Positions 1 through 11,128 of a stretch of 64,000 nucleotides of DNA are shown here, one piece after another; position 1 is the first letter of the stretch; every line of letters starts with the position of its first letter. The stretch covers positions 7,484 to 71,483 of the forward strand of contig CAZMIF010000062.1 of NCBI GenBank assembly GCA_964566305.1. Reading direction: 5' to 3'. The DNA is from an uncultured bacterium (GTDB lineage Bacteria; Deinococcota; Deinococci; Deinococcales; Marinithermaceae). The position numbers were made by a program, and so were the translations under genes. Under the pieces are notes generated by a model. It ran no database searches. It was not told where the DNA came from and worked only from the letters and a program-made list of their open reading frames with translations.

Positions 1-138
1 TTGCGCGAGGCCGGCAGGGGCCGCGAGGCAGCGGAGCTGGTGGTCAAGTACGGCGGTTACGGGAGCGACCCCGAGACGACCCGCAAGCTCTACGGCGAGC
101 TGCGGGCGCTGTTATTGGAAAAGGGGGCCGCCCGGTGA
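1..138 (+). CDS. 3' end of an unidentified CDS entering from upstream (partial)
   Basis: Frame 1 is open from base 1 to TGA at 136-138 (...KLYGELRALLLEKGAAR*). The stop overlaps the GTG start of the next gene (GTGA). No family is recognisable from 45 aa. Confidence 0.35.
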   Translation: MREAGRGREAAELVVKYGGYGSDPETTRKLYGELRALLLEKGAAR

Positions 139-905
139 TCCGGATAGTGGCCATCGGCGACGTTCACGCCGAGTATGGCAAGCTCTGGCGGGCGCTGCGC
201 CACGCCGGCGCCGCCGACGAACAGAACATGCCCACGCCGGCGCTGACCAGCGGCCGGCTGCGCGTGGTCATGCTGGGCGACCTGGTTCACCCGAAAACCC
301 GCGAGGCCTACACGCGGCTGACCGGCCTCGACCCCTACGACCACCACAACCCCGAGCACCTGCGCCACGCCGCCCGGGTTCAGATCCGCGCCCTGATGCG
401 AATCAAGAACTTCGTGGAGCATTCCGGCGGCTTCGCCGTGGTGCTGCGCGGCAATCACGACCAGGCGGTTCTCGACCACCGCTTCCTGCTGGGCAACGCC
501 TCGGGCATCGAGCACGCCGAGTTCGACCCGGAACGCGGCGGAATCCCCCTGCCCGACACCCTGGCCGAGTGGATCGGCGGCTTCCCCAAGGAGTTCGTGG
601 TGGGCGGAATCCACTTCGCCCACGTCGGCCCCGCCCCCTGGCTGCAGGAGTACGACGACATGTTCTACCACTCCAAGGAGCCCAAGCAGTGGTGGTTCGT
701 CAACCCCGACTACATGCAGCGCAGCGGCTACCGCTTCGGCGTCTACGGACATACGGTGATGAAAGAGGGGATCCGCGTCTTCCCCGAGTACAACTTCGCC
801 CTGGTCGACGCCCTCGACCTCGAGGAATACCTGGAACTGTTGGTGGACGCCGACGAGCTGAGCTGGGAGATAGTTCGGTTTGCCAGGGGAAAGCCGGCGG
901 GTTAA
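135..905 (+). CDS. Metallophosphoesterase (calcineurin-like phosphoesterase family)
   Basis: 256-aa ORF with the ordered motifs IGDVH, GDLVH and GNHD, typical of the metallophosphoesterase fold. GTG start. Confidence 0.8.
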   Translation: MIRIVAIGDVHAEYGKLWRALRHAGAADEQNMPTPALTSGRLRVVMLGDLVHPKTREAYTRLTGLDPYDHHNPEHLRHAARVQIRALMRIKNFVEHSGGFAVVLRGNHDQAVLDHRFLLGNASGIEHAEFDPERGGIPLPDTLAEWIGGFPKEFVVGGIHFAHVGPAPWLQEYDDMFYHSKEPKQWWFVNPDYMQRSGYRFGVYGHTVMKEGIRVFPEYNFALVDALDLEEYLELLVDADELSWEIVRFARGKPAG

Positions 906-906
906 T

Positions 907-2197
<1,291 letters not shown>

Positions 2198-2232
2198 AGC
2201 TCGCTACGGCAAGCTGTATACTGCAAAGCTGA

Positions 2233-2248
2233 GCGGCCCGCGGGCCGC
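2233..2248. other. Perfect 16-nt GC palindrome between rsmA and metK
   Basis: GCGGCCCGCGGGCCGC equals its own reverse complement. No T-run follows, so it is not called a terminator. Confidence 0.4.
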
Positions 2249-2270
2249 GCCGCACCCCTGGAGGCTAAAG

Positions 2271-3455
2271 TTGCTGAGACTGGTCACATCCGAATCGGTT
2301 ACCGAAGGTCACCCCGACAAGCTGGCCGACCGCATCTCCGACGCCATTCTCGACGCCATAATCGCGCAAGATCCCAGCGCGCGCGTGGCCGCCGAGACCC
2401 TGGTCAAAACCGGCATGGTCCTCGTCGCCGGCGAGATCAGCACCAGGGCCTACGTCCACCTGCCCGACCTGGTCCGCCAGACCGTCAAGGAGGTCGGCTA
2501 TACCCGCGCCAAGTTCGGCTTCGACGGCGATACCTGCGCCGTCCTCTCGGCCATCGACGAGCAATCGCCCGACATCGCCGGCGGCGTCAACACCGCCTAC
2601 GAGGTCCGGATGCTTGGCTCGACCGACCCCTACGACCAGGTGGGGGCCGGCGACCAGGGTTTGATGTTCGGCTACGCCACCCGCGAAACCGCGGAGCTGA
2701 TGCCGCTGCCCATCACCCTGGCCCACAGGCTGACCATGCGCCTGGCCGAGGTGCGCAAGAGCAAGGACGTGCCCTACCTGCGCCCCGACGGCAAGGCCCA
2801 GGTAACCGTGGCCTACGACGGCGACAAGCCCCTCTACGTCGAAACCGTGGTCCTCTCGGCCCAGCACGCCCCCGAGGTAGACCAGGACGAAATCCGCGAA
2901 GACCTGATTTCCAAGGTCATCCGCCAGGCCATCCCCGCCGCCCTGCTGCGCGACGACACCCACTTCCTCGTCAACCCCTCCGGCCGCTTCGTCCAGGGCG
3001 GCCCCCACGGCGACGCCGGCCTGACCGGCCGCAAGATAATAGTCGACACCTACGGCGGCGCGGTTCCCCACGGCGGCGGCGCCTTTAGCGGTAAGGACCC
3101 GACCAAAGTAGACCGTTCCGGCGCCTACTACGCCCGTTACATGGCCAAGAACATCGTCGCCGCCGGCCTGGCAGAACGGGCGCTGGTTGAGGTCGCCTAC
3201 GCCATCGGCAAGGCCCGGCCGGTGGGGCTGCGGGTGGAAACCTACGGCACCGGCCGGCTGAGCGACGCCCGGATTACCGAGGTCGTCCGCCAGGTCTTCG
3301 ACCCGCGGCCGCTGGCGATCATCGAAGAGCTGGAGCTGCTCCGGCCCATCTACACAGCCACCTCGGCCTACGGCCACTTCGGCCGCGACGGCTTCCCCTG
3401 GGAGAAGACCAACCGGGTGGCCGAACTGCAAAAGGCCGCCGGTCTGAGCGGTTAG
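2271..3455 (+). CDS. metK: S-adenosylmethionine synthetase
   Basis: [35 protein letters not shown] and [15 protein letters not shown] motifs. TTG start preceded by GGAGG. Confidence 0.95.
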   Translation: MLRLVTSESVTEGHPDKLADRISDAILDAIIAQDPSARVAAETLVKTGMVLVAGEISTRAYVHLPDLVRQTVKEVGYTRAKFGFDGDTCAVLSAIDEQSPDIAGGVNTAYEVRMLGSTDPYDQVGAGDQGLMFGYATRETAELMPLPITLAHRLTMRLAEVRKSKDVPYLRPDGKAQVTVAYDGDKPLYVETVVLSAQHAPEVDQDEIREDLISKVIRQAIPAALLRDDTHFLVNPSGRFVQGGPHGDAGLTGRKIIVDTYGGAVPHGGGAFSGKDPTKVDRSGAYYARYMAKNIVAAGLAERALVEVAYAIGKARPVGLRVETYGTGRLSDARITEVVRQVFDPRPLAIIEELELLRPIYTATSAYGHFGRDGFPWEKTNRVAELQKAAGLSG

Positions 3456-4612
3456 CCCACCCCAACCGTCGAGGTAAGCGTAGAGGCGGCGACCACGCGG
3501 TTGCCGCCTAGTTTCTTGGCCCGGTACATAGCCCGGTCGGCCCGCATTATCAGCTCGTCCAGGGTGTCCCCTTCTTTCAAGCCGGCCACGCCGAAGCTGG
3601 CCAGGACCGGGCCGACGCCCTCGTGGGAATAGCCCGCCAGCCCCGCGCGAATCTCCTCGGCCACCCGCCGCGCCTCGGCCTCGCCGCGCTCCGGCAGAAT
3701 CACCAGGAACTCCTCGCCGCCCCAGCGGATTACCCGGGCCCCCCGGGGCAGATAGCGCTGGATCAGCAAAGCGCAGCGCTTGAGCACCCGGTCGCCAACG
3801 TCGTGGCCGTAGCGGTCGTTGACCCTCTTGAAGCCGTCGAGGTCGATCATGATGGTGCTGAAGGTCGTCTTGTACTCGCGCGCCTGGCGCAGCAGCTGGA
3901 CCAGCATCGACTCGCCGTAACGCCGGTTGGGCAGCTGGGTCAGGTAGTCTATGTAGGCCAGAACGCGAGTTTCGGCGTACTCCTCTTCTATTCGCGAGAA
4001 AGCGTAGAGCAGCAGGACGTAGGTCAGACCGGAGACGTAGAACTGGATCAGCGAGTTGGCGGCCGAAGCGTCGGCGTTGGCGATTAGCTGGTGGTAGGGG
4101 GTGAAAACCAGGCCGATCAGGAGCGAAACCCCCCAGATGGTCATCGCCGTTCGCATGGCGGTGGCGCGACGGTGCAGCAAGAAGGCCGCCAGGTAGAGCA
4201 TCGGGTACCAGAGCATGACCTCGCTGAAGGTGTGCTGCTGGGGCACGGTCACCCGGATCTGGTAAACCAGCATGAAGAGCGCGTAGAAAACCAGGACGGT
4301 ATAGGCGAGACGCTCGGCGTAGCGGCGGCGCTCCGGATTGCGAATCAGGCCGACGCCCATTATCGCGAACAGGACGGTCATGATAGGCAGGAAGACCAGG
4401 TCGACGACGTTGACCTGGTGGATGAGCACCTCGAGCCAGAGCGCCGCGGCGGAGGCCAGCGCGCCGATGAAGAGAATCAGGATGACCAGCGCCTGGCGCT
4501 GCTTGTTAAGGGGACTGTTAACCAGCCTGTCGAAGAAAGTTAAATTGGTGACCGCCCGTCTTTCGCGCTGCATAAGCCTCCGTTGAACACTGGTATTAGT
4601 AATAGGTACCAT
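3452..4612 (-). CDS. Membrane-anchored diguanylate cyclase (GGEEF)
   Basis: About 200 aa of hydrophobic helices, then a GGDEF domain ([20 protein letters not shown]-like [14 protein letters not shown]). Confidence 0.85.
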   Translation of the reverse strand: MVPITNTSVQRRLMQRERRAVTNLTFFDRLVNSPLNKQRQALVILILFIGALASAAALWLEVLIHQVNVVDLVFLPIMTVLFAIMGVGLIRNPERRRYAERLAYTVLVFYALFMLVYQIRVTVPQQHTFSEVMLWYPMLYLAAFLLHRRATAMRTAMTIWGVSLLIGLVFTPYHQLIANADASAANSLIQFYVSGLTYVLLLYAFSRIEEEYAETRVLAYIDYLTQLPNRRYGESMLVQLLRQAREYKTTFSTIMIDLDGFKRVNDRYGHDVGDRVLKRCALLIQRYLPRGARVIRWGGEEFLVILPERGEAEARRVAEEIRAGLAGYSHEGVGPVLASFGVAGLKEGDTLDELIMRADRAMYRAKKLGGNRVVAASTLTSTVGVG

Positions 4613-4714
4613 TTTAATACGAGCGAATACGTTTTGGTATTCAGTACGGCCTGTTATCGCTACTGATTATTTTACACTTCTTTTCCGGTTCGGGCGGTCG
4701 TTTCCGAACCCGGG

Positions 4715-5902
4715 TTAACCGGTTATCCCCAGGCGCCGGCCGACGTCGGCGTATGCCTCCAGAACGCGGTCGAGCTGCTCGCGGGTGTGGGCCGCGGTAA
4801 CGATGTTGCGAATCCGCGCCTTTCCCCTCGGAACGGTGGGGAAACCGATGCCTACGGCAAAAACGCCGCGTTCCAGCAGCATCCGGCTGGCCTCGAAGGC
4901 GGCCGGGGCCTCGCCGAAGAGAACCGGCGTGATCGGCGTCTGGCTGCCCATGGTGTCAAAACCCAGCCCGGCCAGCTGCTCTTTGAAGTAGCGGGTGTTC
5001 TCCCACAGGCGCTCTATCCGCTCCGGCTCCCGGGCTATCAGCTCGAGCGCCCCCATGAGCGCGCCAACGACCGCCGGCGGGTGCGACGTGGAAAAAAGGA
5101 AGGGGCGGGCACGGTTGACCAGCAGCTCGCGCAGCTCCCGCGCTCCGGCGGCGTAGCCGCCTATTACCGCCCAGGCCTTGGAGAGGGTGGCTACCTGGAT
5201 GACGTTGGGGTCTTCGTGGAAACCGAAGTGGTGCACGGTGCCGCGCCCCAGCTCCCCGAGCACCCCCGAGCCGTGGGCGTCGTCTACGTAGACCACCGCC
5301 CCGAACTCCGCCGCCAGCGGCACGATGCGGTCGAGGGGGGCGACGTCGCCGTCCATCGAGAAGACGCCGTCGGTGACTATCAGCTTGAGGCCGTCACTGT
5401 CGTGGGCGGCCAGCAGCTCGCGCAGGTGGGCGACGTCGGCGTGGCGGTAGACGTGGCGGGTGGCCTTGGTCAGGCGCAGGCCGTCGATAATCGAGGCGTG
5501 GTTGAGCTCGTCGGAGAAGACCAGGTCGCCCGGCTTGAGCAAGGCACCGAGAACCCCCTGGTTGGCGGTGAAGCCCGACTGCAAGACCAGGGCGCTCTCG
5601 GTTCCCTTGAAGGCCGCCAGCTTTTCTTCGAACTCCTCGTGGTAGGTGAAGGTGCCGGCGATCGTCCGCACCGCGCCGCTGCCGACCCCCCAACGCTCCA
5701 GGTACTCGCGGGCCCGCTCCTTGAGGAAGGGATGGTTGGCCAGACCCAGGTAGTTATTGGAGGCCAGGTTGACCACCTCGCGGCCGGCGACCCGGGTGAC
5801 CGGCTCCTGCGGCGCCTCCAGCACCGGCGGGGTGATGTACAGGCCTTCTTGCTTGAGCTGCTCCAGCTCCTTTTGAACCCTCGCGCGCAAACTTTGACTC
5901 AT
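4715..5902 (-). CDS. kbl: Glycine C-acetyltransferase / 2-amino-3-ketobutyrate CoA ligase (AONS family, PLP-dependent)
   Basis: NNYLGLANHP, DELNHASIIDG, DDAHGSG and TLSKA (PLP lysine) motifs. 395 aa. Confidence 0.85.
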   Translation of the reverse strand: MSQSLRARVQKELEQLKQEGLYITPPVLEAPQEPVTRVAGREVVNLASNNYLGLANHPFLKERAREYLERWGVGSGAVRTIAGTFTYHEEFEEKLAAFKGTESALVLQSGFTANQGVLGALLKPGDLVFSDELNHASIIDGLRLTKATRHVYRHADVAHLRELLAAHDSDGLKLIVTDGVFSMDGDVAPLDRIVPLAAEFGAVVYVDDAHGSGVLGELGRGTVHHFGFHEDPNVIQVATLSKAWAVIGGYAAGARELRELLVNRARPFLFSTSHPPAVVGALMGALELIAREPERIERLWENTRYFKEQLAGLGFDTMGSQTPITPVLFGEAPAAFEASRMLLERGVFAVGIGFPTVPRGKARIRNIVTAAHTREQLDRVLEAYADVGRRLGITG

Positions 5903-5963
5903 ACCCTATTCTTAACCCAAAGCCCGCCCCAGCGGGGCGGGCCAATAGTCCGGGCGGTGGTTT

Positions 5964-7337
5964 CTAGAGGTTCTTGAGGGCCTGGACCATCTTGTTGAGC
6001 GAGTCGGCGGCGTCGCCGTAGACCATGTTGGTGTTGTCGGCGTAGAAGAGCTCGTTCTCGATGCCGGCGAAGCCCTTACCGCGTCCGCGCTTGAGCACGA
6101 AGACCTGCTTGGCCTTGTCGACGTCGAGAATCGGCATGCCGTAGAGCGGGCTGCCCTCGCGGCGGGCCGCCGGGTTGACCACGTCGTTGGCGCCGATGAC
6201 CAGGGCGACGTCGGTATTCTCGAACTCGGGGTTGATCTCCTCGAGGTCGTAGAGCTTCTCGTAGGGAATGCCCGCCTCGGCCAGCAGCACGTTCATGTGA
6301 CCGGGCATGCGGCCGGCCACCGGGTGAACGGCAAACTTGACCTCGACGCCGCGCTTCTCCAGCTCCTCCATGAGCTCCTTGACCTTCTGCTGCGCCTGGG
6401 CGACGGCCATACCGTAACCGGGCACGATGATGACCTTGTTGGCGAAGGCCATCATGCTGGCGGCGTCTTCCGGGTCCATCGGCTTGAGACTGCCCTTGAT
6501 CTCGCCGCCCTCCTCCTCGGTGGCCCCGAAGGCGCCGAAGAGAACGTTGGCCAGCGAACGGTTCATGGCCTTGGCCATCAGGATGGTCAGCAGGGTGCCG
6601 GCCGCGCCGACCACGGTGCCGGCGACGATCATCGCCGGGTTGCCGATGGCGAAGCCCTCGAAACCGACGGCCAGGCCGGTGAAGGCGTTGTAAAGAGAGA
6701 TGACCACCGGCATGTCGCCGCCGCCGATGGGAATGGTCATCAGCACGCCGAAGAGGAGCGCCAGCAGGAAGAACCAGATGACGACGCTGCTGGTCTGAAC
6801 GCCGAAGAGGAAGATCAGGGCAAAGATGACCGAGAGGGCCAGAACGCCCATGTTGATCGGCTGCTGGAATGGAAAGGTGACCGCCCGCGAGTTGACCAGG
6901 CCCTGGAGCTTGGCGAAGGCAACCATCGAGCCGCTAAAGGAAACCGCGCCGATCAGGCCACCGACGAGCGCCAGGACCAGCAGGCCGGTGGTCATCTCGC
7001 CCTGGCCGGCGGCGTGGCGCAGCAGCTCGACCGCGGCTATGGCGCCGGCGGCGCCGCCGCCCATGCCGTTGTAAACGGCGACCATCTGCGGCATGTCGGT
7101 CATGGCCACCTTCTTGGCGACGACCCAGGCGATGCCACCGCCGATCAGGATGCCGAGGATGATCAGGAAGAAGTTGGAGAGCCCCGGCCAGGCGAAGGTA
7201 ACGATGACCGCCGCCACCATCGCGTAGCCGGCCCAGACGATGCCGCGTTTGGCGGTCGAGGGGTGGCTCATCTGCTTGAGGCCGAGGATGAAGAGGAAGG
7301 CCGTGATGAAGTAAACGAGCTGGATGAAGGTCTCCAT
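5964..7337 (-). CDS. pntB: NAD(P) transhydrogenase subunit beta
   Basis: Polytopic N-terminus plus a C-terminal NADP(H) domain (IIVPGYGMAVAQAQ, GRMPGHMNVLLAEA, VIGANDVVNP). Confidence 0.9.
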   Translation of the reverse strand: METFIQLVYFITAFLFILGLKQMSHPSTAKRGIVWAGYAMVAAVIVTFAWPGLSNFFLIILGILIGGGIAWVVAKKVAMTDMPQMVAVYNGMGGGAAGAIAAVELLRHAAGQGEMTTGLLVLALVGGLIGAVSFSGSMVAFAKLQGLVNSRAVTFPFQQPINMGVLALSVIFALIFLFGVQTSSVVIWFFLLALLFGVLMTIPIGGGDMPVVISLYNAFTGLAVGFEGFAIGNPAMIVAGTVVGAAGTLLTILMAKAMNRSLANVLFGAFGATEEEGGEIKGSLKPMDPEDAASMMAFANKVIIVPGYGMAVAQAQQKVKELMEELEKRGVEVKFAVHPVAGRMPGHMNVLLAEAGIPYEKLYDLEEINPEFENTDVALVIGANDVVNPAARREGSPLYGMPILDVDKAKQVFVLKRGRGKGFAGIENELFYADNTNMVYGDAADSLNKMVQALKNL

Positions 7338-7341
7338 TTGT

Positions 7342-7635
7342 CTAGCCCTCCTTGGGTTTCCGCTCGAACATCTCGAGCATCCGCTCAGTCACCGCGTAAC
7401 CGCCGGCGGCGTTGGCCGCGGCCAGCAGTACGCCGATGAAGCCGATTACCTGCTCGGTGGTGGTCTCGGCGTGGCCGAGAACCACCATCGCGCCGACCAG
7501 CACGATGCCGTGGATGAAGTTGGACCCCGACATCAGCGGGGTATGCAGGACCACGGGAACGCGGCTGATCACCTCGTAACCGGCGACCGCCGCGAGCATG
7601 AATATGTAGAGTGCCGCCCAGGTGCCGTCAATCAT
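7342..7635 (-). CDS. pntAB: NAD(P) transhydrogenase subunit alpha part 2 (membrane)
   Basis: 97-aa three-helix hydrophobic protein between pntAA and pntB. Overlaps pntAA by 4 nt. Confidence 0.85.
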   Translation of the reverse strand: MIDGTWAALYIFMLAAVAGYEVISRVPVVLHTPLMSGSNFIHGIVLVGAMVVLGHAETTTEQVIGFIGVLLAAANAAGGYAVTERMLEMFERKPKEG

Positions 7636-8774
7636 TCCGCGCCTCCTTCCACCAGCTCGCGGGTGGGTTCGTGCTTGATCTCGCCATCGTGAACCAGCAC
7701 GCTGCCGGCGAGAATCTCGTCGTCCCAGTCGAGCTGCAAAGCGCCCTCCTCGCCGATTATCAGGTCGAGGAAGTTCTGCAGGTTCTTTGCGTACATCTCC
7801 GAAGCGTGGACCGCCAGGGCGCTGGGCAGGTTGAGCGGGCCGACCACGCGGACGTCGCCCACCTGGACGGTCTCGCCCGGCTTGGTGGCCTCGCAGTTGC
7901 CGCCCGACTCGGCCGCCAGGTCGACGATTACCGAACCCGGCTTCATCCGCTCGACCATATCGGTGGTCACCAGGATGGGCGCGCGGCGGCCGGGAATGTT
8001 GGCGGTGGTGATGACGATGTCGGCGGCCACGATGGCCTGCTCGACCATCTCGCGCTCCTTCTTCTTCTCCTCGTCGGTCAGCTCGCGGGCGTAGCCGCCC
8101 TCGGCCTCGGCGTCGATCTCCAGCTCCAGGAACTTGGCCCCCAGGCTGCGCACCTGCTCGCCGGCGGCGCGGCGAACGTCGTAGGCGCTCACCACCGCGC
8201 CCAGCCGCTTGGCGGTGGCGATGGCCTGCAAGCCCGCCACGCCCGCGCCGAGCACCAGCACCTGCGCCGGGCGGATGGTGCCGGCGGCGGTGGTCAGCAT
8301 CGGCAGGAAGCGATCGACGGTGTCGGCGGCGATCAGCGCCGCCTTGTAACCGGCGACGGTCGCCTGGCTGCTGAGCGCGTCCATCGCCTGGGCGCGGGTG
8401 ATGCGGGGCACCAGCTCCATAGCGAAGACGGTCAGCTTCTTGTCGCGCATCCGGGCCACCCGTTCCGGGTAGCGGTGCGGATACATGAAGCCGATCAGCA
8501 CCGAGCCCTCGGGCATGGCCTCTATCTCTTCCTCGGTGGGCGGCTGCACCTTGAGAATTACCTGCGCCTCCTTTAAGAGGTCGGCGCGCTTGCCCACCAG
8601 CTTTGCCCCTACCTTCTCGTAGGCGTCGTCTAGGTAGTGGGCCCCGACGCCGGCTCCGCTTTCAACGGAGACGGCATGCCCCTGCTTGATGAGCTTTCCC
8701 GCGACTTCGGGCACCAGGGCCACGCGGCGCTCGCCCGGGGCTTCCTCCTTGGGTACTGCGATGTTGATTGCCAT
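7632..8774 (-). CDS. pntAA: NAD(P) transhydrogenase subunit alpha part 1
   Basis: Alanine-dehydrogenase/PNT fold (VLVLGAGVAGLQAIATAKRLGA Rossmann motif). ATG at 8774 sits 6 nt after a G-rich SD. An alternative GTG lies at 8780. Confidence 0.85.
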   Translation of the reverse strand: MAINIAVPKEEAPGERRVALVPEVAGKLIKQGHAVSVESGAGVGAHYLDDAYEKVGAKLVGKRADLLKEAQVILKVQPPTEEEIEAMPEGSVLIGFMYPHRYPERVARMRDKKLTVFAMELVPRITRAQAMDALSSQATVAGYKAALIAADTVDRFLPMLTTAAGTIRPAQVLVLGAGVAGLQAIATAKRLGAVVSAYDVRRAAGEQVRSLGAKFLELEIDAEAEGGYARELTDEEKKKEREMVEQAIVAADIVITTANIPGRRAPILVTTDMVERMKPGSVIVDLAAESGGNCEATKPGETVQVGDVRVVGPLNLPSALAVHASEMYAKNLQNFLDLIIGEEGALQLDWDDEILAGSVLVHDGEIKHEPTRELVEGGAE

Positions 8775-8879
8775 GTACACCCCCTGCGTACAAACGTTAA
8801 CCTAGTGGATTATACAGATAGCAAAAAACCGCTGGTTAGGGGCGTGTGTACCCCGGCCGCTCTGGGCTAGGCTGGAGGC

Positions 8880-9839
8880 ATGGAGACTCTCGAGTTCTTG
8901 CGCAAACGTAGCAGCGTCAGGCGCTTCAAGCCCGAGCCGCTGCCGGAGGAGGACGTGCGGGCCATCCTGGCCGCCGCCCGTCAGGCACCGACCGACGCCA
9001 GCGCCCAGCTGTACACGATTCTGAGAGTCCGCGACGAGGAGCTACGAAGGCGGCTGGCCCACCTCTCCGGCGACCAGCGGCACGTGCTCGAGGCCGCCGA
9101 GTTTTTCGTCCTCCTGGCCGACGTCCACCGCCTGGACCAGCTGCTGCGCCACCGCGGCGAACGCCTGGGCGAGTGGCCGCGGACCGCTCTCCACTTCGCC
9201 GTGACCGACGCCGCCATTGCCGGCGCCCATCTGGCGGTGGCCGCCGAAGCCCTGGGCTATGGCATCTGCTGGATTGGCGGCCTGCTCAACCGCGTCGACG
9301 AGGTGGTCGGCCTGCTGGAGCTGCCTCGCGGGGTGCTGCCGGTCAGCGGCCTGGTGGTCGGGGTGCCCGCCGAGAGACCCGACCCGCGGCCGCGCCTGCC
9401 GGCCGATCTGGTGATTCACGAGGACCGCTACCACCGCTACCGGCCCGAGGAGCTGGAGGCCGGCTACGCCGCCATGGCTCCCTTCAGCCGCAAGGGCGAC
9501 TGGCTGCCGCTGCTCAAACACTACTTCGCCGCCGGCGGGGTGATGGAGGCCCGCGACGCCGTGTACGGGCTGGCCAGCGCCCTCCAGGGGTTCTCAGCCG
9601 ACCTGCCGGCGGCGGCGGCCGAGACCCTGCACCTGCGCGGTCTCGACGCCGGCAGTCTGGGCGAGGCGGTGAGCGGCGCGCTCGAGCAGGGCTGGCGCGG
9701 CGTACTCTTCAACCGCGGCGTCTTTGGAGAGGCGGTGGTCTGGCTGGAAAAAGAAACCGCCGCCGAGCGCGGCGAGGGCAGGACGCCGGGAGAAGCCTTC
9801 GCCCGGGCGCTGGCGGCGGCGCTGCCGGCCGAAGACTGA
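8880..9839 (+). CDS. Nitroreductase-family protein with an unassigned ~120-aa C-terminal extension
   Basis: N-terminus LRKRSSVRRFKPEPLPEEDVRAILAAARQAPTDASAQ is a classic nitroreductase start. 319 aa is longer than my recollection of this fold (around 200 aa). Confidence 0.75.
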   Translation: METLEFLRKRSSVRRFKPEPLPEEDVRAILAAARQAPTDASAQLYTILRVRDEELRRRLAHLSGDQRHVLEAAEFFVLLADVHRLDQLLRHRGERLGEWPRTALHFAVTDAAIAGAHLAVAAEALGYGICWIGGLLNRVDEVVGLLELPRGVLPVSGLVVGVPAERPDPRPRLPADLVIHEDRYHRYRPEELEAGYAAMAPFSRKGDWLPLLKHYFAAGGVMEARDAVYGLASALQGFSADLPAAAAETLHLRGLDAGSLGEAVSGALEQGWRGVLFNRGVFGEAVVWLEKETAAERGEGRTPGEAFARALAAALPAED

Positions 9840-9923
9840 ACCGGCCTGCAGGGTAACGCTACGAAGCGGGGCCGCCACCGGCGGCCCCACGCGGTCGCGA
9901 CTTCTGCGCAAGGCGCTTTCCCG

Positions 9924-11123
9924 CTACCCGGCGCTTTTGACGACACCGGCGGCCTCGAGCTCCGCCAGCTCCGCCGGCGCCAGGCCGAGGACCCCGCCCA
10001 GCACCTCGCGGGTATGCTGACCCAGGAGCGGTGGCGGCGCGGCCGGCGCGGCCGGAGTGCGGCTCATGTGCTGTAAGGGGCTGGCCAGCAGCGGCGTCGG
10101 CCCCAGCTTCGGATGCTCCACCTCCCACAGCAAACCCCGCGCCTCCGCCTGGGGGTCGGCCAGCGCCTCGCCAACGTCGTTGACCGGCGTCACCGGCACC
10201 CCCGCCGCCCGCAGGACCTCCAGCCACTCGGCCCGCGTCCGGCCAGCGAAGATCTCCTGCAACCGCGGCACCAGCTCGTCGCGGTGCTCCACCCGGCCGG
10301 CGTTGCTGCGCAGGCGCTCGTCCTCCCATAGCTCGGGGTGGCCGATGGCCTCGGTCAGGCGCTGGTACTGGGCATCGTTGCCCACCGCCAGGATGAACCA
10401 CTTGTCGCTGGCGGCGAAGGCCTGGTAGGGAACGATTTGCGGGTGAGCGCTGCCCATCCGCTGCGGCACCACTCCCGACATCAGGTAGGCCTGGGCCTGG
10501 TTGACCAGCGCCGCCACCCCAACGTCGAAGAGCGCCAGGTCGAGGTGCTGACCCAGCCCGCTCTGCTCGCGCTCCCGCAGCGCCGCCAGGATTCCCACCG
10601 CGGCGGTCAGACCGGTCAGAACGTCTATCCAGGCAACGCCTATCTTGACGGGCGGGCCGTCGGCCTCGCCGGTAATGCTCATGATGCCGGTAATCCCCTG
10701 CAACGCCGCGTCGTAGCCGGGTTCGTGAGCCCGCGGCCCGCTCTGACCGAAGCCGGTAATCGAGGCGTAGACCAGCCGGGGGTTGACCTCCCGCAGCGAC
10801 GGGTAGTCGAGACCGTAGCGGGCCAGGTCACCGGCCTTGAAGTTCTCGACCAGCACGTCGGCCTCGGCGGCCAGCCCCCTGACCAGCTCCTGGCCGCGCG
10901 GATCCTTGAGGTTGACGGCGACGCTCTTCTTGCCGCGGTTGGTCGAGAGGAAGTAAGCGCTCTCCCCTTCTTTAAAAGGCGGCCCCCAGCGGCGGGTATC
11001 GTCGCCCCAGGGCGACTCGACCTTCCAGACCTCGGCCCCCAGGTCGGCCAGCATCTGGGTGGCGAAAGGGCCGGCAAGAATGCGCGAAAGGTCGAGAACC
11101 TTCAGACCGCTCAGGCTGCCCAC
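9924..11123 (-). CDS. CoA-transferase family III (CaiB/BaiF-type)
   Basis: LSGLKVLDLSRILAGPFATQMLADLGAEVWKVE and the FKEGESAYFLSTNRGKKS signature. 399 aa. Confidence 0.85.
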   Translation of the reverse strand: MGSLSGLKVLDLSRILAGPFATQMLADLGAEVWKVESPWGDDTRRWGPPFKEGESAYFLSTNRGKKSVAVNLKDPRGQELVRGLAAEADVLVENFKAGDLARYGLDYPSLREVNPRLVYASITGFGQSGPRAHEPGYDAALQGITGIMSITGEADGPPVKIGVAWIDVLTGLTAAVGILAALREREQSGLGQHLDLALFDVGVAALVNQAQAYLMSGVVPQRMGSAHPQIVPYQAFAASDKWFILAVGNDAQYQRLTEAIGHPELWEDERLRSNAGRVEHRDELVPRLQEIFAGRTRAEWLEVLRAAGVPVTPVNDVGEALADPQAEARGLLWEVEHPKLGPTPLLASPLQHMSRTPAAPAAPPPLLGQHTREVLGGVLGLAPAELAELEAAGVVKSAG

Positions 11124-11128
11124 CGCGC

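Noticed and set aside
2198-2270. SAM riboswitch upstream of metK.
   Set aside because: Only 73 nt separate rsmA and metK. That is too short for a SAM-I/IV aptamer plus expression platform, and only a simple 16-nt GC palindrome is present.
4681-4714. Hairpin downstream of kbl as a terminator.
   Set aside because: The stem is bulged, and the T-run lies on the wrong side for either the kbl strand or a + strand terminator.
8795-8806. Recurring GTTAAC / AAACGTTAA strings (8795-8806, 12183-12191, 55892-55897, 56106-56111, 57488-57493, 4715-20) as a shared regulatory motif.
   Set aside because: Several instances simply embed a TAA stop codon flanked by G/C. The contexts are heterogeneous, and I cannot assess enrichment without a genome-wide count.
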